Below are positions 12,583-27,258 of a stretch of 64,000 bases of DNA, one piece after another. The DNA comes from Bispira polyomma. Lineage: Eukaryota. Location of the stretch: NCBI GenBank assembly GCA_965649765.1, contig OZ287749.1:22630001-22694000 (forward strand), in the 5' to 3' direction. The translations under genes and the position numbers were made by a program. Each line of letters opens with the position of its first letter. Positions within the stretch are counted from its first letter, which is position 1. The notes below the pieces were generated by a model, which did no database searches, had not been told where the DNA came from, and was given only the letters and a program-made list of their open reading frames with translations.

Positions 12583-15517
12583 CTGAAAGAGGAATAACAC
12601 AGAATTCTAAAAAATGTCTGGTATCTTATTATTCTGTCTGATGTTCATGTGCTTATAGATTTTACTAGGTACAACTTTCTTTTATATATGATGTAAATTT
12701 ACATCTGAAAGTGCTATGCTCTCACAAACGGAAACCAAAAATATTAAAAAAATATATCTGATAGAATACAAGTTATTAGGAATAAATATTAACTATTTCC
12801 AAGGAAGATGTTTGCGTTCTATACATGCTACTTTTAGGACTGCCTCAGTGAGAGCTTTGCACCCGAAAAGGTAACAAGAGTAATTTTGGGACTTATGTCA
12901 CTTTTAACATATTAGGCAATCTTACTATAGGCAGATTAGTGCTGGAGAGTACCAGTACTATGGTAGATTCTGTATAAGTTGCATGTCTAAAATACAAATA
13001 GGATTGCATTCAACTTGTAGCTAATTTTTATTGTACCTAATTAAAAACAAGTATTTCTGAATATTGGGATCAGACAATTGGTTCTAATTATAAGAGAAAT
13101 TTTGACTCATAGTGGTTCTAGTTAGAGTCTACTGGATAAAGTAATCTATTATATGTATTTTAAACCGCCAACCTATGGCAAGTAACCATTATACTTTCCC
13201 ATGTAAAGGATTCCTGTGGGATTCAAAGGCCCGTCTTCAGAAGCCAATGAACCTGCCACTGTTCCCAGTGTGCAACATTCTTGTAAATTGCATAGGAACA
13301 CAGAGAACCCAGGTATGATCCCATCCTGAGGCTCCCACATACAGAATGATACACAGATATTTGGATATGCCCTTGGTGGTCCTCTGTTATTGTGTCCTAA
13401 CTGGGGCCATATAGCAAGCTATAGAACCTTGTGGATGTTGATCATATGGTCATATTCAAGCCTCTGGATTCAGATTTTAATTGCATGTAAATCCCAGATG
13501 GACAACGGTATATTACACAGGTCATCCTGGGTCATTGGTGCAAATCACAGTCAATGGACACAGTTAATAGTTATGGGCACAATTTTCAAACACTAAATGT
13601 AAAGTAATTATTGGTGAATACCTTACAATATAGTACAATGTATCTGCAGACAAAATGATTGTCATGATTATTTGTTCTGCTTGCCTTCAATATTTTAAAT
13701 TTTTTCAATAAAGTGTATTAACTGTTTTAAGATGCTATAATATCCTTGACATGTTAATCTTATATCTAACTAAAATGACCAAATGTTAGACTGTCCTTGT
13801 AATCAGGTATCATGTTAAAGTAACAAAGTCTTTTAACCTGAAATCTGACTAAATATTTTAAAAAGACCTCACAGACATTAGATACCGGGCATCAAAGCTT
13901 TTTAATAGTTTAACTCAATATCTACAACTTTATTGTTAAACCAGATGTTGTCTTGATGCTTTAGTGTCTTTACTTCGTTTAATACCAAAGAATACAAAGT
14001 TCAATGAGTGAAACAAATGTAAACACTTCCCAAAATTTATTTTTATCTACTTTTTTAACCACTACACAAACTTTATATATTTACATGCATACATTGCAAA
14101 CAATTAACAAAAGTTCTGGGATCCCATATGACACTCAAGTCATGCAAACAAACACCAAAATCTGTAAAACTATATGCCTTGGTCATTATCAAATAAAGTA
14201 TCTTACATTTGCTGTGTTTCTCATTGGTGTTGAAGAATATATTTTCTGTTGCCTTGACAATCAGATCTGCCACAATAATTATTGCTTACTTGGTTCACAA
14301 ATTTCCACTGTTTTACATTCTCACAATACTGTTTATTTCATCTCCATGTTTATAAAGGTCTACACTATATTCTGCAGAAGATAAAAGTGCAATACCCACA
14401 GGGTTTTGTTCTACTTATGGCTAACTTCTATACTTATACCTAACCCTAAATTTTGAATACTGCAACCAGAAAAGTTGGTTTTAGTTACAGAAAAATTTAA
14501 CAATAATATTTATAGTTACAGAGAGCTTAGTGTATATTATTATGACAGACCATAAACATAACAACCTCAAAACAAGCACATCAGCTGATCTATCATCTCA
14601 TTCTTGAAAAGAAATACCAGTCAGAACAACAGAGTGCACAAGCGTTATTGACACTGGTCAGGTCATCATTCTATGTAGAACCATATTTTGGCACTCAGGG
14701 CATAAATAATTTAATATCAGAAATTCATTTACTCTGCACTAAATACTCCTAAATGAGCACTAGTTGTTGGTTCAAAAATATGTTGTTTCAGTACTGCAAT
14801 AACATCGCCAACAGGATTATAACCATACCAGTATTATAAACGCCTTGTGTGCAACAAAACAATGTACTGATATGTAGCCATTAGAATATCTATATATATA
14901 TCTATATATTACTATTTCTCATTAAGTACAACAGTTCACAAAAATATATATATACACACTACTAGGACACTATATACTGTCAAAAAACTTCAAAACTGAT
15001 AAAGAAGTACCTCTATGATCCGATCTTCTATTTTATGGACATACTTTCAGCCTCCCAAATATACATTTTCCAATATATTGCAGTATGTGACTCTTCTATG
15101 TTATTAACTTTCTTTTATCCAAATCAAATACATTGTACTGTAAAAGTAGATAAAAATTCACTAATTTATACTTTTTGAGAAATTTACTTGAACTAATTTT
15201 CACTATTGGCTATTTTTTTTTAGTTAAAATATCAATACTAGTTTAAATTTTTACTGGGAATTAATCTGCACTGTCTAAAATCATTAGCTAAAAGTAATTC
15301 CTCATGAAAATTTCAACTGCTCTCCCAACATGTTAGGATACAATATACATGTACAAAATCCCGACCAAAATCTATTGATTTTATGACCATACTTTCGCTC
15401 TTCCAACATTTTCCTGCTGTTTACAGTACAGTGACGCGTCTGATTTAAAAAAAATAATTTCCAAACAAGACCATGCTCTCAGAACGTAATTGAGTTCTAC
15501 TGTACATAAAGTCCAGA

Positions 15518-15639
15518 CTAAATTTTTTTTTCTCTGAGTGCCTGAAGTCTAAGATTCTTCCTCTTCTCCCAACAAACTTGGTTCATCCAGTACACCACAT
15601 TGTGAGGTGCCACACCCGGGTGTTTCTTCATCGTGAATT
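15518..15639 (-). CDS. Alternative last exon 6
   Basis: acattttcag|AA then FTMKKHPGVAPHNVVYWMNQVCWEKRKNLRLQALREKKI*. Confidence 0.8.
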
Positions 15640-17259
15640 CTGAAAATGTACCACATCATTGCATTACAATCCAAGAGCTACATTCTAGAACTCTCACTAG
15701 ACTAAGCGAAGTCATAATGAAAGTAGTTCTCCCTAATAATGCCAGCATTAGGGTTTTATGTTATCCTTGATGTTGTCACTGTGTATTCATACCCAAAATC
15801 CAATATGGCTGCACATGGTCTTGTGAATTTTGGAATTGTTCGTAATGCATGCTTTCTCACTGCTGTAATATGAAGTTCATATGGCTTAATTAAACACATC
15901 ACAATGATTATAATCTACCTGTATTAGATTATACAACATCAACGCTCCTGTGGTTTTATTAAGCAAAATAGTTTAAACATTACAAGTACAAACTCTTAAC
16001 CATTACTTGCTAAACGCTTAACATAAGAGCAACCTGAAGGTCTATCCAAACTATGCTAATGGATACCCAATGAAAACCTTCAAACTATTTCACAGATCAA
16101 AGAATATTACTATATTAATGGCTCTTCACAGTATTTAATGTACTTCTGTATTGTCTTTAAAATGGAATATCAAACTAGTGGGATTATAGCAGACATTCTT
16201 TAACTAGAACCAGTTGAAGCCAACTTTCTCTCTAGAACTAGACAACATTTTATGGTCCCAACATAATTTTAAAGTTTTATTTTGGGCATATTGATTAGAA
16301 GTTACCCACAACTAGAACCAAATCTTGTGGATAATATGATGTCTGATTTTCTAGTAATTTTTTGTTGCACTTGTTTTTTATGTTACTAAAAAAAATTAAT
16401 AAAATGGAATTTTTCCTCATTTATAATTTCACTTGTGATCTCCCTTTGCCAAGTGGTTAGGAATTTGGTCTTGTGATTAGAAGCGCGTCGGTTCAACTCC
16501 CAGATAAGCCACAATGGTTACTGAGGGATAATATATCCATGGGCAAGACATCTACTGAGGAATACCATTGCCAACTGACCCCAACTGAATGTCTCTCCCC
16601 CCAAAAAAACGCGTCTTAGAGGATGCATTTATAAGTTTGTAATTTTGACTCTGTATAAATTCTTTAAATTGTAAAAATTTGCAGGTTTACATCTGTTTGC
16701 TTTTTTTGAATATTTCTCAACATCACACAATATAGTAAATCAGAAATAGAAGAAGACTACAATCAGATTGTATCACTCTTTACTTAATTTAGAGGTGCTT
16801 TCTGAAAAGTGTTATTACAGGGTTTAAATGGGAGCTCTTTTTCCAACTAATATATGATCTTTCTTTTTATTAATATACCAATATTATGAAGTGTTATTTT
16901 CCTTAATTTTTTTCTTTTTCTTTTAGTGCAGCTTGCCCTTTTTGTTGGATTCAAAATGCCATTGAACACTTTCTTTTTACTACACTAGTACAGAGAATAT
17001 TTGTATTGTTACAGAGGCCATTCAAACAGCTCACTAGGGTAATTTTTCAGGAGAAAACTTGAGAAATCATTTTTGTTTGAAAAATAATCTTTGATAGCGT
17101 TATGTTTCCATGTTTCCAAGGATTATAGCCAAAAATAGTGTACAGGCTGTATGATTACTAGAATATTCTATGCACTGTTTGCACTTATGCAATATACTAG
17201 TATGGTGATTGCATACAGACGGGTCTGTTTAGATCAATAAACAATTTACCTACAATCTG

Positions 17260-17381
17260 CTAGGGCAAGGGAACATCCAGACACCCTCTCTTCAAGGTTC
17301 TCCTAACTTCACAGCACACTTGGTTGATGAGATACACCAATCGGGATGCGGAGAGAGAAGGGTCTCTTTGCAAGGTGAACG
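17260..17381 (-). CDS. Alternative last exon 7
   Basis: ttttccaaattttag|CG then FTLQRDPSLSASRLVYLINQVCCEVRRTLKRGCLDVPLP*. Confidence 0.83.
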
Positions 17382-18950
17382 CTAAAATTTGGAAAAGCAA
17401 GATTCTCAGAGACTTTTGTTTGCATAAAATGTTTCCAGGATTTTCTTTGATGTATGTTAAGATGGCTAGTTCATCAGATGAGATTATTACCTCTGCAAAA
17501 GTTATGTTTTTGGTTAGTTTGTCACCATGACTACACAAAGGCTTCTGAACAAATTTGATGAAGGGATGGAGCACAGACAAAGGAAGATTGCACTAAATCT
17601 GGGTAGAAGCGCAGAGCCAGGAATTTTGCACTGTGGCACCTTGGCAAAGGTATGCACTGTAACAATGAATCAAAAAATTAACAGAGTGATCTACGTTTGC
17701 AAGGACCTTTAATGTCTCAAGAGGCACACACACAATGACTATATCAGCTAGACTATAGTTTCTCCTTTCTAAATAGCTACACTGTTATGGTAATGGTCTT
17801 AGGTGATACAATAATAATAATAATAGCCACTACCAAACATTCAATAGATGGTAGTTCTAGGATCATCTTTGCACATTTTTTAAAGTATTTTCACTTCACT
17901 TTCCTAGTAAAATGTTTTAAGTTAATGGTTGTATTTGCATGTGATTTAGGTTCTAACATAAAAGCATCTCCATTGACTTTATATAGGAAACTATAGTGTA
18001 TTGACTTCATGGATACCAAACATCATCGTGCTACATTGCCTTGGTTGTGTCTCAGCAATTTATATGATGGGGAAACTACCCTAAAAGCTACAAAAAAGTA
18101 TGGGACAGGCCTCTTATAAAAATGTGTTAGTTGGTCTAAAATTTTAGCTGAATTTATATAAAATTGGTTGGTTCAGCAAAAATTTTAGGAAGGAGTTATG
18201 AAGGAGTTTATTGTATGTACTGGTACGTTGGTCTAGATGTCCAGTCTAGTTGCTTTATGGTCTATACTGATAATTATAATGACTGATGTATAGATTAGAA
18301 CAAATTCCTTGATCCTGCATAAAAAAAGACACAGTTACAACAATCCAAACATTTATTGACATTCTACGTAATTAGAAGACCATAAATGCTTATATATACA
18401 CATAATTACCGGTAGCAATTGTAATGCAAACCATCAGAAAACTACCAATTACAATAGCAGCTAGCCTGACATGAATAATTTTTAAAAAATAGTTTTAAAA
18501 AGTAGTAAACTAAATAAAATAAATTGTTTTCAGCCGTAATTTTACTTCTTCTGGTGACTAAACACAAATGAATATCTCACAAAATTTGCAAACTTTTAAG
18601 AATATTCATGTTGCTGATAAAAGTCTAAACTAAGTTGGTAATACTATCGAAAAAATAGAAAGCTAAAACTTAAGCTTGTGGCACCATAGTTATACACATA
18701 TTAATATGCATCAAATTGCACTGAAATACGAGTTAAATTTTTCACAATCTTAAATACACAACTCCTCACTTGTCAAACAACGTCCGTGCATCAAATTGCA
18801 CAGATATACTAGTTAAATTTCCACAACCTTAAATACAGAACTCTTAACTTGTCAATCAAAGTCCAGTAGTTTACAGGCAAAATACAGTCAGGAATAGATG
18901 ATAAGTCACTATAAATCAGTTAAAATCCTTGACAGTAAGGATTCATTAAA

Positions 18951-19060
18951 TCAGACACAGTTTTTTTTCCATAGTTGCCTTCTGGCTTCATAACAGATCA
19001 AGTCGATAACGGCCACAAATCCTGACGATGTTAATTTTGGATCAACTTTCATGGCAACCC
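18951..19060 (-). CDS. Alternative last exon 8
   Basis: ctatattttag|GG then VAMKVDPKLTSSGFVAVIDLICYEARRQLWKKNCV*. Confidence 0.82.
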
Positions 19061-20832
19061 CTAAAATATAGAATTTCAAGAGTTAGCATTCCAAGTTGAA
19101 AATCAATAAAACAGTGCCAATAACTTTGTTATTTAGTCAACAACGTAATAACTTGAATGGCCTAAAAGTAGGTTCTATATATGTATAGTAACATATATGT
19201 AGTTAAAAATAACTTAATTATTTAAATATATGTGTATAGTCTAAATATAAATTAAAGTTTTTTTCGTGTTTTAATCTGCAGTAATCTTGCATTCACAGTG
19301 ACATACTTTGACATTCAGTTATTTTGAGGCATATTATAAATAGCGTAATTTTTATTAATATACACAATGTGTAGTCTCAAGGTAAATACCAGTATGAACT
19401 AAAGTATCTTAGAGTTTTTATTTGTAGTAATTTTGCATTCACAGTGACCTACTTTATCATTCAGCGATGTTTGTTATTCCTTGTTAACTGTTATCATTTG
19501 TTACCAACAGGGTGTAACTACAATAGAGCCAGACTTATATTATTTTTGAATTCCTTGATTTCACTTAAATACCAGTTCAACAAATTGCTGTCATTTCTTC
19601 TGTTATATACTAAAATACCTCTTTTACTTTGGGAACATTCTATCATCTGAACAGACAATCATTCTCCCAAAGTATACCAACAATTAATTATACAGATTTT
19701 ACTGAATCTACTATACAGTGAACTTATGACAAGTCTCCTGTACATACATACACCATATGTTTTGATACATATACAAGTGTATTTTTACAGAAATAATATC
19801 AGCCTATACCAAACTTAAGAATACTGTTACCAGAAACAGCTATCACCAGAAATTAAGAAAAGAAGAAGAATTCACTCTAACGTCAAACCAATACAACACC
19901 ATTTTACATACAACATAAATATTTCTACTAAACATTACAAAGTAAATCTATAATATCTTTATACTGTTTCTTTGTCAAAAATTAAGTTTGTACATCTGTT
20001 ATGTAAACATCAAATTTAAAATGTACTACCACTGTTTTCGCAGACCTGCTGTAAAATATAAACACATTTCTGGACCAAACATGGTTGGTATTTCTTACTC
20101 TAACATTTGTTATATGATGACTTTCAAATATCTGATCGATATACCTTCTTCATAAATCAGCAATTACCATACCGTAATACAAATGCCTTGATAAGCTTAA
20201 TATTTCTATTTTTCCTAAAATACATTTTACCATTGTCTTTCTTATCTTACTACACAAAAGGTTTTACATCAGATGAACCTTATCTCCTTAAACATCCATG
20301 CACCAAAATAAAAACCCCGACGGTTTAACTTATACCAAAATTTGAGCTGATAAAGAGTTCAAGTAGAAACACTTTCCTTTATGCATTATGCCACTCACAG
20401 AGAAAATCAGGTAATCGTGATTAAGGCTTCTGAGTAGAGGACATACTAAGCGTTTCAAATTGAGAAGCAAACGCATAGTAGAGTATGCTTACTGTGATAA
20501 AGGCAGCATATATATATAAATATTAACATAGGCTAAATTCTATAATTTATTGGTCAGGTTGTGGCCATATCAAAAGTAGTTCTTCCTACTATCACACAGC
20601 ATTAGGGTTTAGAGTTATGTATTCATACACAAACAATCAATGTGGTTGCTACTTGTCCAGTTATTTCTAGAATATTTAAGTGAACATTGTGAAGGTTTTT
20701 CCTGAGTTTTTGCAATCGTGGAATCCTGTGGCCTCCATAATATTTCTGAACCTGGTTCCAATCAGAGTACAATCCTATAAATGCATAAGGTGCTGTGCTA
20801 TTTTTAGAGACTACATAGTCATGTGACTGGTT

Positions 20833-20954
20833 TTACAGAGGAAAATCAGTAGGTTTGGCCCTGCGTAGCTGTCGCCGTGTCTCAGAACAGATGAGGTTGA
20901 TAAGGTACACAAATCTAGAAGGAGTGAAGCCAGGATCACATCTCATGGCAAACT
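20833..20954 (-). CDS. Alternative last exon 9
   Basis: gtatgttttag|AG then FAMRCDPGFTPSRFVYLINLICSETRRQLRRAKPTDFPL*. Confidence 0.85.
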
Positions 20955-22567
20955 CTAAAACATACAAATCATATCGTAATGTAGTCTATCATTATGTGCC
21001 AAATATGAAAGCTCACTATTCACAAACTTTAGAGTTAGGCTGTCAACATAACTTTTCACACCCGTTGCCAAGTGTTGCTAAGGAGTTTTGAGCCCATGTT
21101 TCTAGTCAAGCGACTTCTGTCATGTGACTAAAAAAAGATCAACAACAGCAACCAACCTACTCAGTACAGAAGCACTACTAGGCCTTGTATGCAGTGAAAT
21201 TTTGGTTGCATTTGAAAGTGCTTGTATTCTGCAGGCCCAAACTTATGTTATTATATCACCCATACATATTTATATTAATTTTGTTTTTGGTTAATATTGT
21301 TTTATTACATAAAAATTTCCAACACACAGACCTATCCATCTTTTAAAACATGCAATCACAACATTGATAGCACTTGCCACATCTCCGATTTTCTTATAAA
21401 TTTCTGTACATGCTGTCAAATTATGCAAATAATTTTTCTACGAATCTATTTCCATTTTTGAAGCACCATTTTAAAACTAGAATATATATGTAAGTTTTAT
21501 AGGTGTTACAATACGACTATTTTATCAATCACCGCCACAAATTCACAATTTTAATAACTTTGGATATAAAGTTCAACTTCAACTGATAATATCTGCTACA
21601 ATATTTATTGGAATTAAATTTGTAAAACCTTATGCAAAGTACATGCAAAGAGCTAGTAAAGCCCAAACAAAAACTTCAGGTTAAGTATTCACACAGTTAT
21701 ATAACCATTTTATCAGTAGAGATTTTTTGTGGGAAAATACTATGAAATATATTACATTTTGTGTGATCATCAAATCTGTGGTCTGATCTGTGGTCTGCTG
21801 CAGTGACACATTATAGGTGATTAAGTCATGGCTTTAATAACCTACACCCAATCAGATAACACATCGGAATAACAGTAGTTCGCTTTACTTTTGGTGTTTT
21901 CGCTTCTACACAACCAAATTTAAAAACAATATCCAATAAGAACAATATGTGATCTTTTAAGGTGGTATTTTTTGCTAACTAAATAGATATTGCTTACAAA
22001 GAATAACAATAACAATAAATCGATTATGACCAAATTTGTTCACCATCATTTCCAGCATTGCATATTATATTCAGCTTTTAATTTTTTAGTTTCTGCCAAA
22101 ATGACTTAAGTTATATTGATCTAAGAATTGGTTAGTGTATATCAGTATAACAGGGTTTCTCATAAATAAATAAGCACACATGAATAACCTAGTAACTTTT
22201 ATTTCTGGGGAAAAACATTAATGTTAAACTAGATATTGTCACAGACAACATCAAGATGGGAAAACTATACAAAACCAGCCAGCTTTATTATCACCCTCCT
22301 GATCGATGACACATCTTACACAGATGACATTATTTGATGACATCATCTGATGTAAATATGATTGATCATTTCTACTGATCAAAATAACAAAATGCTTAAT
22401 ATGCTATGATACAATGTAGCTTCACACTAAATACACATACATCAACAAAATAAACACATACATCAACAAACCTAAGTGTTTCACAGTTCTGTCTTACTTA
22501 AACCAAACCATCAGAACAAAAACTACACTACCAGTATTTGTTTACAGAAAATATTCTGTCATACTGA

Positions 22568-22704
22568 CTAATATTTAGTAGATTTCATGCTTGATATACA
22601 TCCAGCTTTTCTCCTCAGTTTTCGGCGAGTTTCTACACAAATCATGTTGACATTAGTTCTTACATCAGCAATAGTCAAATCTGGAAACAAAATCTGGCCA
22701 TATG
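22568..22704 (-). CDS. Alternative last exon 10
   Basis: ttttgtttttcag|CA then YGQILFPDLTIADVRTNVNMICVETRRKLRRKAGCISSMKSTKY*. Confidence 0.85.
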
Positions 22705-23264
22705 CTGAAAAACAAAAATATTAAATAATCCGTCATAACTTTTCTTTCTTCTTTTTCCCCAACCATTAAAATAGGTTATACACAGCAAGCAAATTAGGCT
22801 AAATTGAACTGTACACATATTAATACTCTTAACTTCTGGTAAACAAGACATAAATTTCTGATGAAGTAAAAAGGAATGCATTATAAACACACTCTGTTGC
22901 ATTTAATCAACATGTACTATAGGAAGTATACATCTACTCTACACTATAGCAGGAAAAAAATCAAATAAAAAAAATCATGGAATTAAACTTGCATTTTCAC
23001 AATTAAACTCAATAAACCCAATGCCAATTCTAACACCAAGTTTGTGTACTTGACACTGGCTAATTAAAAAGTATGGTTAAAGTCCACAACCAACGCTAAG
23101 CAAAAGCCAAGACTCTATAATGTTCTTGCATGCACACTTAAATACAGTCACCTCTTTATAAATCAAATGTACAATATCCACAGAATTTGGTGATACTTGA
23201 ATCTAATTTGGTTCTATTTATACCCAACGTAAAACTAGTTCTTGAAGGTGCCAGAGAATAGGTA

Positions 23265-23439
23265 CAGTGGAACCCTGTTAAGTCAAATTTGAAGAGACCA
23301 TACAAATTTGTTCTACTTAACAATAATTCTAAGTAACAGGATAAAGTTTAATTACAAATAAAGCAATGGGGCCTTGAACTAACTTCTATTTAACAGGTAA
23401 ATCCAGTTATCAGAGTTCTACTTAAAGGGGGTTTGACTG
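23265..23439. mobile_element. Tc1/pogo-type MITE
   Basis: TA|cagtggaaccctgttaag...cttaaagggggtttgactg|TA; related copies at 36312 and 59921. Confidence 0.7.
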
Positions 23440-24206
23440 TATAGAACACATAGATAGAGAGTCTACTGTGGTCCCTACAGTGATGTAATTTTATGTTCAA
23501 TACAGACAGATTTAGGTAAAACCAAATATTAATTTGCCAGGTTAGAATATTCAATGACAAACCAGGGATTTATATTTGGCATTTTACCACCGTAACACTT
23601 TCGACCCCAACGTATCAATGGCATTTGTTACTACTAAAGAGTTGTCGATATTTAATAACCAACTGAAAGGTTTAGCGAAGTAAAATATGTGTCAAATGTA
23701 TAGGTTTTGTCATTTATTTGTTGTCAATTTTTATTTTGTAGACTGTTTCTGGTACATGTGACGACAAACAGGAAGTCTGTTTTGTTTAGTCTGCTTTTAT
23801 TTTCGCTTTTTATGTTGGCATGGAAAACAGAGCTATAAATGACTGAATTTGCCCTAATTGGCTGTTTATTTAATACTTTGTGCAAATTATCAAGTTTAAT
23901 TTTATCAAGAATAATGTAATTGTCTAATGTATTTCCCTATTTTGAGTGGTTGTTCATTAAAAGTTATTTTGACCCGATAGTTGTTACTATCCTTATCAGC
24001 AACAATTAGTCGTGACCTCTTATCATGGTACAATGGCTGCCATATTACAACTTGTTATGGATATTTCCCTAATTCATCATGAATAAACAGTCATAACGCA
24101 CAACCATCAAGACTTATTCTGAAGACGAGAAGACATTCGCATCTAAACATTTGTTTTGACAACTGTTTTCAACATCTAGATTTTAAATACTACAACAGAT
24201 AAAAGA

Positions 24207-24379
24207 TTATTCTTTTGGTTTGTCAGTTTTGCAGATATCTGTAAAAATATCTGCAATCTGTTTCTCGTTGAGTTTCCTATTCTTGCGGACTATTTGTCTA
24301 GCTTGACAGCACATCACATTGATATCCTGTATGACACTGTATTCACTGTAGGCACCCCTCGTCAGTCGTGTGGTAAAGA
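24207..24379 (-). CDS. Alternative last exon 11
   Basis: ctttttattgcag|TC then FTTRLTRGAYSEYSVIQDINVMCCQARQIVRKNRKLNEKQIADIFTDICKTDKPKE*. Confidence 0.82.
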
Positions 24380-25729
24380 CTGCAATAAAAAGGGAGAAAA
24401 CAGGAACCATATAGTCTTGCCCCTGAAGTAGCACTCTTTCAAGTCAAAGGAATCAGTAGTCCCATATGCAGCATTTTCTTTTAAAATCTAGCCCATTAGC
24501 TGAATAACGGGGGCAACTGTATACAAGGAGGGGTTTCATCAACTCGGATTTATGCTTACACAGTAGCACCTCTATTATCCCAAATTCTAGTAATATAAAT
24601 ATTCAATTTTCATGACCTAATTTCCAAAATTATCCTAAATTTAGTTTTCCCATTGAATCTGTTCTATGTGGAAGTGACTCTTCTATTTAATGAAAATTAT
24701 ATTTTTTTGAAACAAAATCTTGTTCTGTGAATATGTTCTAATGATAGAGGTTCTACTGTACTACTCAAATATTCAGTGCCTACATTAGTAAGCATAGCCT
24801 AGACATTTCACCATTCATGTTAGTAGAGCACATTGTGTATTATGAAACTCCAAGAGAATATAGTACAAATATTTAAAAAAAAAAAGGTCTAGACATCAAG
24901 AAGTAAATGTACAATTTGGTAATGAGCCTAGTATTTTAGTGCTTTGCTAACATATCTGCCTCTACAAACAACCAACAAAACCATCTAGGCCATTACAGTT
25001 TTACAAGGATTACAGTGACATCAACCATGGTTTCTTAAATATGTACCATGGATACATTCTGACCATAACATTTTTTTTCTGCACAGTTAACACTCAGCAT
25101 CATGTCGAGGCAGGCCATATCTTTATGACAAAGTTAACATGAAAAGACAAGTATTCAAAAAGTAATTGACCAATACAAAAGTAGTTTACTATAAACGTAA
25201 AACATAGTATCACATTTACCGATATTAATAAAGTCCAGTTAATTGTAGAATTATAGATATTGAATTATCCATACCACAAAATAATGCTATAAATACCATC
25301 TTCACCTTCACATCTAATAGCTTTTTATTTAGTATATGCCATGTTAAATTTTTGCTGGTCATTAACATCTGTGTGAATAAATTATTTATATATTCTGAAC
25401 GTCCCTTTGGTTCTATACATTGAAACTCTATTTTCTTCACATAACTTTCGAGCCACAGCAGTACCTGATTATTCCTATGTACATGAGAATATTTCTACTG
25501 AGTCATACACTTGTTTAACATCGCTAAATCTTTTCAATCAGGATACACACTACTACCTAGAAATATGCATACACTCTATCTGTGATTTATAGTTCATAAA
25601 TGTTAAACTCATATCCATTCAGTCTACATTGAGTAGTAGAACAAAGTTCAGAACAGACATCCTGAAGTTGTTTTCTTGTTATTTGTTGACCAGCAGTATC
25701 TGTCTGAAGACGATAATCTGATGTGAGGT

Positions 25730-25854
25730 CTATTTCTTGTCCAGTTTCTTATTGCCACGGCGCAGTGACTGCCTGGCTTGTGCACGCATCACATTGATAT
25801 CATTTATTATGTTGGTTTCAGTGTAACAGCCTTGCGTCTGTCGTTTGACAACAG
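25730..25854 (-). CDS. Alternative last exon 12 (conserved Cys replaced by Arg)
   Basis: ccttgtgttgtag|CT then VVKRQTQGCYTETNIINDINVMRAQARQSLRRGNKKLDKK*; paralog of exon 11. Confidence 0.75.
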
Positions 25855-25909
25855 CTACAACACAAGGTAAAACAACATGATGGTATTTCAAGTATTAGCT
25901 TCACAGGCC

Positions 25910-26430
25910 TTAAGGTGGCGTTCTTTGACATACACAGGTGTTAAAGTGGTGTTCTTTGACATAGACAGGTCTTAAAGGTGGTATTCTGTGACATACACAG
26001 GTGTTAAAGTGGTGTTCTTTGACAGACACAGGTCTTAAAGGTGGTGTTCTTTGACATACACAGGTGTTAAAGTGGTGTTCTCTGACATACACAGGTCTTA
26101 AAGGTGGTATTCTTTGACATACACAGGTGTTAAAGTGGTGTTCTTTGACATACACGGGTCTTAAAGGTGGTATTCTTTGACATACACAGGTGTTAAAGTG
26201 GTGTTCTTTGACATACACAGGTGTTAAAGTGGTGTTTTTTGACATACACAGGTCTTAAAGGTGGTGTTCTTTGACATACACAGGTCTTAAAGGTGTGATT
26301 CTTTGACATACACAGGTCTTAAAGGTGTGGTTCTTTGACATACACAGGTCTTAAAGGTGTGGTTCTTTGACATACACAGCCTAAAGTATTGTTTTTCGAC
26401 ATACACAAGCCTTAAAGGTGTGGGTCTTCC
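25910..26430. repeat. Minisatellite, 30/31-bp unit (~16 copies, with a 61-bp dimer structure)
   Basis: taaag(g)tggtgttctttgacatacacaggt(g/c)t repeated; explains spurious ORF 25910-26245. Confidence 0.92.
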
Positions 26431-26708
26431 ATATAATATAGCCTAAAATCCAAACAAAGTTCCAGAGTTTTATTAATGTCTTTTGTACAAGAAATGGGTA
26501 GATATTCTCTTAGTTTATCAAATGACAAATGTTTATCCACTTGGAGTTCTTGTATCGTAAATAGTTTTGGTAATAGTCACTGAAGATGGGACAACACTGT
26601 GCTCTTTAAATGTAACCTTTGATTCTTGTGTCTCTAACACTTAAAGCTATTTCATATATTTTCTCTAGTAAATCCAGTACGGTCAATGTCCCATCCTTAT
26701 TGGCTAAT

Positions 26709-26836
26709 TTAAGAGAGAGTATTGTGTTCTTTCTGCATGTGTTTTCGTAACTTCCTCCTTTCTTCAGCACAAACAGAATTGATCTCATATACAGTCATTG
26801 TCTCCGTCATTGATGGAAATCTGGACGCGGTTGCAA
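26709..26836 (-). CDS. Alternative last exon 13
   Basis: tttccatatttcag|TT then ATASRFPSMTETMTVYEINSVCAEERRKLRKHMQKEHNTLS*. Confidence 0.85.
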
Positions 26837-27049
26837 CTGAAATATGGAAATAGTCTAACTGTACACATAATGCAAATATCATGGTCAATCTAGTTTACAG
26901 GCAATATCCCAAAAGAAAATTGTTTGTAGTAGAATAATGGTCAAACTTACTGACATTGAACATATGGAGCTTAAATTAGATGCTTTACCTGTACTTTTAT
27001 TTCACTTGGGGAATTTTTTGATTTTACCCAGGATTGGTACCTGTTTTAG

Positions 27050-27258
27050 GTTATATTGGGACGGGTAGTTGGAAACGCTGGAGGAAACACTGCATACAGT
27101 TGATCAAGGTTCTGCACTGAAACCAGCGACCTACAGTAAGGAACTACCACCTTTCCAACATAGGCATCGACGAGAGTCGAACTCACGCCGCCCAGAGGTG
27201 AGAGACCAGTGATTGTGAAGCGCAATAATTGCTAACCACAAGGCCAACGCGGCCCCCA
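27050..27258 (-). mobile_element. tRNA-derived SINE
   Basis: Minus strand gggggccgcgttggccttgtggttagc (A-box)...gagttcgactc (B-box)...gtttcctccagc core; absent from the paralogous segment near 29100. Confidence 0.7.

Noticed and set aside
13564-13643. Acceptor then TLYYIVRYSPIITLHLVFENCAHNY* with Cys at position 21
   Set aside because: Lacks the Asn and the basic tail; could be chance
14200-14371. Acceptor-like site with FVNQVSNNYC in another frame
   Set aside because: Early stop in the array phase and weak similarity
25910-26245. Repetitive 111-aa ORF with Cys/His spacing resembling zinc fingers
   Set aside because: Translation of a 30/31-bp minisatellite whose units do not keep frame
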